Position numbers and translations under genes: made by a program. Below the pieces are notes generated by a model. It was given only the letters and a program-made list of their open reading frames with translations. It was not told the origin of the DNA and searched no databases. Below are positions 57,419 through 64,000 of a stretch of DNA of 64,000 nucleotides, in pieces. Every line of letters begins with the position of its first letter. The first letter of the stretch is position 1. Origin of the DNA: Candidatus Bathyarchaeota archaeon (GTDB lineage: Archaea > Thermoproteota > Bathyarchaeia > Bathyarchaeales > Bathycorpusculaceae); the NCBI GenBank assembly GCA_963806535.1, contig CAWDYC010000008.1, forward strand, positions 64,001 to 128,000. The letters run 5' to 3'.

Positions 57419-57868
57419 CTATTTTAGGTTCTTTGCAAACTCTTCTGCAAGTTTGAGGTCGTCTAAATTTGGTCTGCCCTTCTTCAATCCGCCGACGAGT
57501 TTATACGGTCCCCAAGTATTGAAACCAGCACAATTAAATTCCCCAACAATCGTGTATCCTTTAGATTGCAGTTTTTCTCTGAGAAGTGAGTGATATTTGG
57601 GTGCGTTTTTAGTATTCGTGCAAGTTGAGAAGATGAATGCTTTTTTGTTAACTACTTTCGGAAGTTCATCTGTGAATTTGCGAAGCGTTCTGTGGTGTCT
57701 TCCAGCGTATATTCCTGAACCAAAGCCAACAAGGTCGTACTGTTGAAGGTCATCAGGGCTAGTTTGTTCTGGTGTCTTTACTTGTGCATCAAGCACTTTC
57801 GCCATAACTTCTGCTATCTTCTGGGTGTTGTTATGATGATAAGATACTAAGACTATCAAAGACTTCAT
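57419..57868 (-). CDS. Flavodoxin family protein
   Basis: SYHHNNTQKIA, GFGSGIY, FSTC, KGRPN. Confidence 0.85.
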   Translation of the reverse strand: MKSLIVLVSYHHNNTQKIAEVMAKVLDAQVKTPEQTSPDDLQQYDLVGFGSGIYAGRHHRTLRKFTDELPKVVNKKAFIFSTCTNTKNAPKYHSLLREKLQSKGYTIVGEFNCAGFNTWGPYKLVGGLKKGRPNLDDLKLAEEFAKNLK

Positions 57869-57892
57869 GAGTTACTCGACTTTTCCAGACTT

Positions 57893-58451
57893 TCATTTTT
57901 TAGCTACTTCTCTTGTCCAATCACGAATAGCATCTAAGTCTCTTAAATCATAAACACCAGCTTTTGATTCCTTGTAACCAGCACTTTCAAGTTTAGGCTT
58001 AATTGATGATAGAGTTTTCTTGAAGAACCATGACATTTTGTTGAAGTCATAGCATCCACCAAAGAAACCTAATGCAACTGGATTCACTTTGTATTCAACA
58101 GATTTATCCTCAAGATATTTCCTCTTCGCATCATCCATTTCCTTGTTCTTCTTGTTCACCTTCAGATAGAGGATTTGCACCACCACAAGACACGAAGAGG
58201 GCTACTTTCTTTTTTGATAATTCTTTCTGGTATTTCTTGAGGAAGTCTTCGGGTTCTTTTGTCCATTTACCCATTTGGATTCCGCTTCCGACAATGATGA
58301 GGTCAAATTCACCTATGCTTTGGACTTTTTCTTTTTTGGCATCAACAATTTTGACTTCATAGCCTACTTGTCGAAGAGTATCTGCAATAACCTCAGATGT
58401 GTTCGCTGTTGCTCCATAGCGAGTTCCGAAAACAATCAAAGCCTTACTCAT
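57893..58451 (-). CDS. Flavodoxin-domain protein (HemG-like), frameshifted
   Basis: FGTRYGAT, IVGSGIQMGKW, ALFVSCG, FFGG, DLRDLDAIRDW. Confidence 0.82.
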
Positions 58452-58580
58452 TTACTATTCCTTCAATTGTGTATCTTGTTTGTAATATATAACAGATGAG
58501 TTTCAATTATTTTGGTAACTATTTAGACTATATTGGAAAGCTTTTAGACCAAAAACCTCCAAGTTGGAATAAGTGAGAAC

Positions 58581-58730
58581 TTGCAAAAAACAAAGAACCT
58601 GAAAGTAGCATTCATTGATGATAAAAAGATAGTTTACACTGTGGAAATGGCTTCTCCTGAAGAATTAGATGAAGGAGTCAGAGTCTTGTACAGCGAACTA
58701 AAGGTGAAAAGTATAATCCCCCGAAAGTAA
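58581..58730 (+). CDS. Putative 49-aa small protein (not in ORF track)
   Basis: TTG start; QKTKNLKVAFIDDKKIVYTVEMASPEELDEGVRVLYSELKVKSIIPRK. Confidence 0.35.
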   Translation: MQKTKNLKVAFIDDKKIVYTVEMASPEELDEGVRVLYSELKVKSIIPRK

Positions 58731-58797
58731 GATACTAATTAAAAGCAACTTTCTAGGCATGATAATACCTTAAAAAGAATGGAATCGGTACGTAACC

Positions 58798-59379
58798 TTA
58801 TGGAGACTTCAAAGGGTAAACGTTTTGTGAGAAGCTTTTGGCAAGCGAATCTGTGTTTGATGTGCCAAGAATCAGATATTGCCCATTGTTTAGTTGTATT
58901 ATGAGGTCGGTTGAGTTGGTTGATGCCAAGTAAGCCGTTGCTCCGTTTCCGAGAGTAAATACACCTACGTTAGTATTGCCATTATTGGTTCCATATTGTT
59001 TATTTAACGTAAAATTTCCTGAACCTATCTGACCAACGAAGGCGTTGGAAATTTGACTTGATGTAATGTTCTTTTCGCCGCCGATAAAAGGGATGGGCGA
59101 CAAGGTGGAGAATTGTGTGTTTATATATCCAGAGCCAACGGTTACTGTTGAAGGGGCGTAATAAAGAAAAAATACCCCAAGAACTAATGCGATCAACACA
59201 ATCCCGCCGATAATAACCGAATATTTATTATTCAAATTATACCCAATCGATTTAACTATCCGTAGTCTACTTGACAAGCCTATTATTATAAGAACAGCCC
59301 CCACCGCAATTAGAACTATCACAGCGATAGTTACAAAAATGCTGTAGGGTGCTTGCACTGTAAATTGTTCAAGAGACAT
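58798..59379 (-). CDS. Membrane protein with bacterial PH-like domain
   Basis: Two N-terminal TMs; YGTNNG...VGVFTLGNG..AYL pattern. Confidence 0.55.
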   Translation of the reverse strand: MSLEQFTVQAPYSIFVTIAVIVLIAVGAVLIIIGLSSRLRIVKSIGYNLNNKYSVIIGGIVLIALVLGVFFLYYAPSTVTVGSGYINTQFSTLSPIPFIGGEKNITSSQISNAFVGQIGSGNFTLNKQYGTNNGNTNVGVFTLGNGATAYLASTNSTDLIIQLNNGQYLILGTSNTDSLAKSFSQNVYPLKSP

Positions 59380-59531
59380 TTAAATTGCCAAATCCTAAAT
59401 CGTCTCATCCAAGAGTAAACCTCTTGCATTGGTTAGAGAATTTAAATTTAACGTTGGTTCAGACAGTTCTTAAGCAGCCGAAAACAATCCATCTATTTAT
59501 TCTAAAAAAATGAAAATGGAAATTCCTCAAC

Positions 59532-61007
59532 TTAGTAGTCGAGGTACTTCATTATTTCCCAAGGTGACACATAGAGGCAGTATTGGTTCCAATCGTTTGT
59601 TTTCAGCTCGATAAATGCGTCGAAAACGTGGTTGCCTAGGGTTTGTTTTATGAGTTCGTCGCCTTCCATTTCGTCTAATGCGTCTTTGAGTGTTGTTGGC
59701 AGTTCTTGGATGCCTAGTTCTTTGCGTTTTGCTTTGCTGAGTTTGTAAACGTCTTCGTCAACTGGGTTTCCTGGGTCAAGCTTCTTTTTGATTCCGTCAA
59801 GACCAGCCATCATAATGCATGCGAATGCTAAGTATGGGTTGCATGATGGATCTACGCCGCGGTATTCAACTCTTTTCTGTGCTGCAAAGCCTGCTCCTTT
59901 ATAGTATAGAGGTATTCTTGCAAGTGATGAGCGGTTGCGTCTGCTCCACATGACGTAGATTGGTGCTTCAAAGCCTGGGACTAATCGTTTGTAGCTGCTT
60001 ACGGTTGGGCAACATACTGCGGTTAGGGCTTTTGCGTGGGCTAAGATTCCACCGACGTAGTATCTTCCGATTTGGCTTAGTTCTGCGTACTCATCTTTTC
60101 CATCGTACATTATGTTTTTTCCGTCTTTCCAAAGTGATGAGTGAACATGCATGCCGCTTGCGTTGTCAAGGTAGATTGGTTTTGGCATGAATGTAGCGAT
60201 TAAGCCATATTTCTTCGCGATGTTTTTGGCGACAAACTTGAAGAATAGGGCTCTGTCCGCTGTCTCAAGAAGTTCACCGTATTTGTAGTCGATTTCAACT
60301 TGACCGACTGTTGCCACTTCGTGGTGATGTTTCTCAATTGTTAATCCAAAGTCATCTTCCAGAACCTGAGAGACCTCATTTCTGTAAGCAACAGTGGTGT
60401 CTTCTGGTGGTGTTCTATAGTATGCTTCTTTGGGTCTTAAGATGAAACCGCCTGGTTTGATTTCTGGCGATTCAGGAACAACACGAGGTGCACCCCATGC
60501 ATCTCCTTCACCACTTTTTGGAGCAGCCCAAAGATCCCATGTTAATTTTGTGGGGTCAATTGAAGTGAAGACGAAGTGTTCAAGTTCAGGAGCGAAAATT
60601 CCAGTGTACCCCATGTCTTTCGCTGCTTTGATAGCTCTTTTTGCTACGTAGCCTCTTGGGCAGGTAACGGAAGCTTCTTTTCCACCGAAAGCTTCCTGGG
60701 CATCACCTAAAATTATTGCGCTTTTTTGTAATTCATCAGTTACCCATGGCATGATTGAGAGTGTTTTTGCGTCGGGCATAAAAATCATGTCTGATTCTTC
60801 GATGGATTTGAAGCCGCGTACTGAGGATCCGTCAAAGCCTATACCTTCTGTAAAGGCTGCGCCGCTTAGGTACTCTCTGGCTGGGAGAACCATATCTTGG
60901 AGGATTCCTCGGACATCGACAAATGCTGAATGCACCCATCGAATATTATTCGATTTGAGTTTTTCAATTGCTTTCCTTACTTGTTCATCCACCATGATTT
61001 TCACCAT
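59532..61007 (-). CDS. glnA: Glutamine synthetase type I with long beta-type insertion
   Basis: FDGSSVRGF..IEESD, APELE, insertion ending RPKEAYY..PPED, HHHEVATVGQ.EI, MPKP..DNASGMH, KRLVPGFEAP, EYRGVDPSCNPYL. Confidence 0.92.
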   Translation of the reverse strand: MVKIMVDEQVRKAIEKLKSNNIRWVHSAFVDVRGILQDMVLPAREYLSGAAFTEGIGFDGSSVRGFKSIEESDMIFMPDAKTLSIMPWVTDELQKSAIILGDAQEAFGGKEASVTCPRGYVAKRAIKAAKDMGYTGIFAPELEHFVFTSIDPTKLTWDLWAAPKSGEGDAWGAPRVVPESPEIKPGGFILRPKEAYYRTPPEDTTVAYRNEVSQVLEDDFGLTIEKHHHEVATVGQVEIDYKYGELLETADRALFFKFVAKNIAKKYGLIATFMPKPIYLDNASGMHVHSSLWKDGKNIMYDGKDEYAELSQIGRYYVGGILAHAKALTAVCCPTVSSYKRLVPGFEAPIYVMWSRRNRSSLARIPLYYKGAGFAAQKRVEYRGVDPSCNPYLAFACIMMAGLDGIKKKLDPGNPVDEDVYKLSKAKRKELGIQELPTTLKDALDEMEGDELIKQTLGNHVFDAFIELKTNDWNQYCLYVSPWEIMKYLDY

Positions 61008-61173
61008 ATCAATTCATATGTTTGAGAATCCACTTAAAACATAAACATATATAAGTTTATCGCAGAAATGTTTGAATGAACGTTTACTAGTTAAGAAAAA
61101 ATCATAAAGCCTCAAATTTAAATTAAAGCGACAGACGCAGTTCAAAATACAAAAAAATTGACTTATGGAAAAT

Positions 61174-61674
61174 CTAGAACCTTTCTCTTGATTCTCTACG
61201 CAGAAAATCCCCAACATCAAGCACATTTTCAACTGAAATCTTTCCCTCAGACGTCCCAAGATCGTCTAGTATCTTGCCAAATCCGAGGCACTCCCCAAAC
61301 TCGTTAAGCACCAAAGTAGACTCACCCTTCCGCTTAGACCCCATAATCTTCACTATCCCAACTCGAAAAATATCTCTTCCGCAGATAAAGAGCCAAGCTG
61401 CTTTCTGGTCGATCACAATTTTATTTGCGGCTGCACTTACAAGCAAGTTTAGCAGGTTGAAGCTTGGGAAGAACATGCCATTCTTGATTTTGCCCAGATA
61501 TAAGCCAGCGTAATAGAAGTCACTTTGCAAAATCGTTTTGAGGCGTGGATTCAATAGGTAATATCGTTGATTTTTTTCAGTGACCATTTGTGAATTAAAG
61601 GCTATTCTGCATCCGAAACGGGATGCGAAAACTTCGTATGGCTTCATTGGGTAACCGCCTTCTTTAGTTTGCAT
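61174..61674 (-). CDS. Nip7-like PUA-domain ribosome biogenesis protein (start probably 61647)
   Basis: YAGLYLGK....FFPS, AAWLFICGRD, VLNEFGECLGFG, DVGDFLRRE. Confidence 0.72.
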   Translation of the reverse strand: MQTKEGGYPMKPYEVFASRFGCRIAFNSQMVTEKNQRYYLLNPRLKTILQSDFYYAGLYLGKIKNGMFFPSFNLLNLLVSAAANKIVIDQKAAWLFICGRDIFRVGIVKIMGSKRKGESTLVLNEFGECLGFGKILDDLGTSEGKISVENVLDVGDFLRRESRERF

Positions 61675-62534
61675 ACAAAGAAACCTTGAGTCTGTTCAGG
61701 CCAGATTCTTCTGCAAAATGAGATTTGAGGGTCAAGTTTTCTGCCAAAAACTTCGGTTAGCCCGTTTACTCCGTAGCAATCAATTTTTTCTACTTTTAGG
61801 CCTAAATTTTTGATTGCCCAATCAATATTTAGCTCGTCTTCCTCAGGTTCCAGTGAGCAGGTGGAATAAACTATTTCTCCATTCGGAGCGAGACATTTTA
61901 CTGCTTCAGCAAGAATTTCCTTTTGCACCTTGGCGTTGCGTTCAACGTCGGCGAATGTTCTTCGGCTGAACCATTCACTATCAGAAGCAAAGTTGCCTGA
62001 ACATGGAACATCGAGAAGAATACGATCGAACGTGCGGTTGAGCTTTGTAGCTTGCCGACCATCTAAATTGTAAACAACTGTGTTACTGATATGACAGCGT
62101 TCTAAATGGTTCGCCATAACCGATAACCGTTCTTTGTTCACATCTAACGCTGTTATGGTGCCGCTGTTTTCCATTAGGTCAGCAAGTTGAACGGTTTTTC
62201 CTCCGGGCGCAGCCGAAGCATCCAGCACCATTTTGCTATGTAACGCGGCGAAGAGTGTTGCTGGGATTTGTGCTGCTGCTTCCTGAATAGAGTACATTCC
62301 AAGCAAGTATTCTGCTGTTGCGCCCGCTGAAGCCTTAGACCGCACTACCCAGTATCCTGTCTGCAAAAAAGGAATTTTCACAACTTCAACGCCTAAACTG
62401 CGGAGACGCTCAGGAAGTTTTTTGGCTCTTGCATTGATTTGATTTATTCTGATTGCTAGCTTAGGCTGTGGTTCTTTGTATTCCCAACCAAGTTGAGCAT
62501 AGCGATCTAAGAAAAATTGTTTGCCAGACATCAA
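61644..62534 (-). CDS. RsmB/NOP2 family RNA m5C methyltransferase
   Basis: IQEAAA, VLDASAAPGGKT, ILLDVPCSG, VYSTCSLEPEEDE, TQGFFV. Confidence 0.92.
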   Translation of the reverse strand: MMSGKQFFLDRYAQLGWEYKEPQPKLAIRINQINARAKKLPERLRSLGVEVVKIPFLQTGYWVVRSKASAGATAEYLLGMYSIQEAAAQIPATLFAALHSKMVLDASAAPGGKTVQLADLMENSGTITALDVNKERLSVMANHLERCHISNTVVYNLDGRQATKLNRTFDRILLDVPCSGNFASDSEWFSRRTFADVERNAKVQKEILAEAVKCLAPNGEIVYSTCSLEPEEDELNIDWAIKNLGLKVEKIDCYGVNGLTEVFGRKLDPQISFCRRIWPEQTQGFFVCKLKKAVTQ

Positions 62535-62720
62535 CTCTACATTGGGCTAACGTAATAAAAACCTTTCAACAACGAATCTCTGTCAACATAATATTTACGA
62601 AACAACATTTATTCAAATCAAGATATGTTCCAGAGTTGGAACATTTTGTTCCTCAAGTAGAACTTTTAGCTTCTTTCCATTAACTGATTTTCAGCTGAAT
62701 CAGGGAGAAATACCTTAAAA

Positions 62721-63272
62721 ATGATGAAATCGGCGCTAGGTACATTTAGTAAAAGAACTATGTTAACAATTTCACTTTTCTTAGTTATCCTAATGATATC
62801 CTCTGTCAGTGGGGCTTACTTCGTATCGGTTAATCAATCCAACAAAAAAGATACCGTCGCACCTTCCAATTTTTCTTCGCCGATCTCCACACAATCTCCC
62901 CAGACGACAACGCCGCCTTCTCCAACACCGACTGCTTCACCTACCTTAATTTCTGCAAAAGTATTTTTGGGAGGTCCGTTTGGCGGTTTCAAAGTAAAGT
63001 ATAACGTTGAGTCGAGAGTTCTTAGTGTCAATGGACAAGTTTTGTGGGGAGCTAACTGCAAATTGCTCATAACCTACAGTATTGATGGGTTAGGAAGCTA
63101 CACTATTTGTACGAACATAAAGCCAATTGATGTTAATTTTCCCGGTGTAGATATTAGTGGATCAGATGTTTTGCCACTTTTAGCTGCCGGTAATCATAGC
63201 ATAACGGTTTATGGCAGTTTGGAATTGCCTGGTTCTAAAGCAACTCAAACCACCCTTAATTTTGCATTGTAG
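62721..63272 (+). CDS. Secreted or membrane-anchored hypothetical protein
   Basis: N-terminal hydrophobic segment, P/S/T linker, Ig-like YSIDG...GNHSITVYG. Confidence 0.65.
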   Translation: MMKSALGTFSKRTMLTISLFLVILMISSVSGAYFVSVNQSNKKDTVAPSNFSSPISTQSPQTTTPPSPTPTASPTLISAKVFLGGPFGGFKVKYNVESRVLSVNGQVLWGANCKLLITYSIDGLGSYTICTNIKPIDVNFPGVDISGSDVLPLLAAGNHSITVYGSLELPGSKATQTTLNFAL

Positions 63273-63348
63273 AGCAATTTTAAAACATGTTAGGATAAAG
63301 GCATAAAATAATCTTTTCTGAAGAGAGGATTTCTGAGTTTTTTACGAA

Positions 63349-63693
63349 CCTTTTCTGTTATTTTTCATACTTTTCTAACCTTTTTCGCACGTTTCTGTTC
63401 TTTTCCATTCATTTCTGTTCTTTTCTAACCTTTTCTTTACGTGACCTGCAAACACTGCAAGCCCTAAATCAAAAAAGCAACCTAAAACACAAAGATAAAA
63501 TTTCTGCACAAAAACCCGTCAATAACTGTTCCTCTAATGACACTTTCGGAACGCAAAGAAACGCAATACAACGGGAATAAACGCATTTCAACGGGGAACA
63601 ACGGGAAAAAACGCAACTTGCAAACGCAGCAAACCCTGAACAGAAGAAACAACTTAAAACACAAATAACAGAATTTGTATCTTTTGAATTGTC
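63349..63693 (+). repeat. Phased 10-mer/core repeat array, locus 3 (two units)
   Basis: Nine nCTTTTCTnn-type 10-mers, core at 63439 (acgtgacctgca-N33-aaaacacaaa...ccgtcaataactg), six ACGSRnnnnA 10-mers, core at 63611 (acgcaacttgca-N33-aaaacacaaa). Confidence 0.9.
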
Positions 63694-63766
63694 TTTTATC
63701 ATGGACTATCTGGGTGGTGTTAATTTTAATAAGTCTCCCAATTAGTATTTCTTCTGAGCGAAGAAC

Positions 63767-64000
63767 ATGGATTACGCGGTTATAGCTGAAGCCTACGAGA
63801 AAATTGAAGCGACATCAAAAAGGCTAGAAATGACCGATCTGCTAGTAGACCTGCTTAAGAAAACGCCTAAAGAGGTCATGGCTAAGGTGGTTTATTTGAC
63901 GCAGGGTAAATTGTACCCAGACTTTATGGGCGTGGAGATGGGCATTGCTGAAAAATTAGCAATAAAAGCCTTAGCCCGAGCATCTGGACAAAGTGAAAGC
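63767..64000 (+). CDS. lig: ATP-dependent DNA ligase, N-terminus (runs off the window; not in ORF track)
   Basis: MDYAVIAEAYEKIEATSKRLEMTDLLVDLL...VVYLTQGKLYPDFMGVEMGIAEKL. Confidence 0.9.
   Translation, partial: MDYAVIAEAYEKIEATSKRLEMTDLLVDLLKKTPKEVMAKVVYLTQGKLYPDFMGVEMGIAEKLAIKALARASGQSES

Overview
Archaeal chromosomal segment, most likely Bathyarchaeia/TACK. That assignment is inferred from the gene content (AfpA, Nre, a non-catalytic splicing-endonuclease subunit, a Nop2-Nip7 pair, archaeal EF-2, a class I CCA enzyme). It holds about 65 mostly housekeeping or accessory genes, including thpR-cca, mtnA, nre, an MgtA-type and a second P-type ATPase, sufC/sufB, a Tat-exported multicopper oxidase, EF-2, hisS, two type I glutamine synthetases, five flavodoxin-like genes, tRNA-Asp(GTC) and the start of DNA ligase. 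Many genes, including essential ones, are split by single-base frameshifts, which points to uncorrected long-read assembly errors rather than pseudogenes. No CRISPR array, integrase or transposase was seen. The most unusual signal is a dispersed non-coding repeat family at about 9.3-9.5, 17.15-17.75 and 63.35-63.7 kb with seven clear units. Each unit has a ~55-90 bp core (nCRYRACCTGCA, exactly 33 bp, then AAAACACAAA, often followed by CCGTCAATA). Each core is preceded by an in-phase run of degenerate 10-bp repeats whose consensus differs between units but almost always has C at position 2. Other points of interest are an unannotated 26-aa Asp/Glu/Cys micropeptide beside sufCB, an ArsR/SmtB-type double operator, a stand-alone EF-2 with RQMT in switch I, a degenerate-HKD PLD-fold protein beside the tRNA, and a minimal kinase-like protein.
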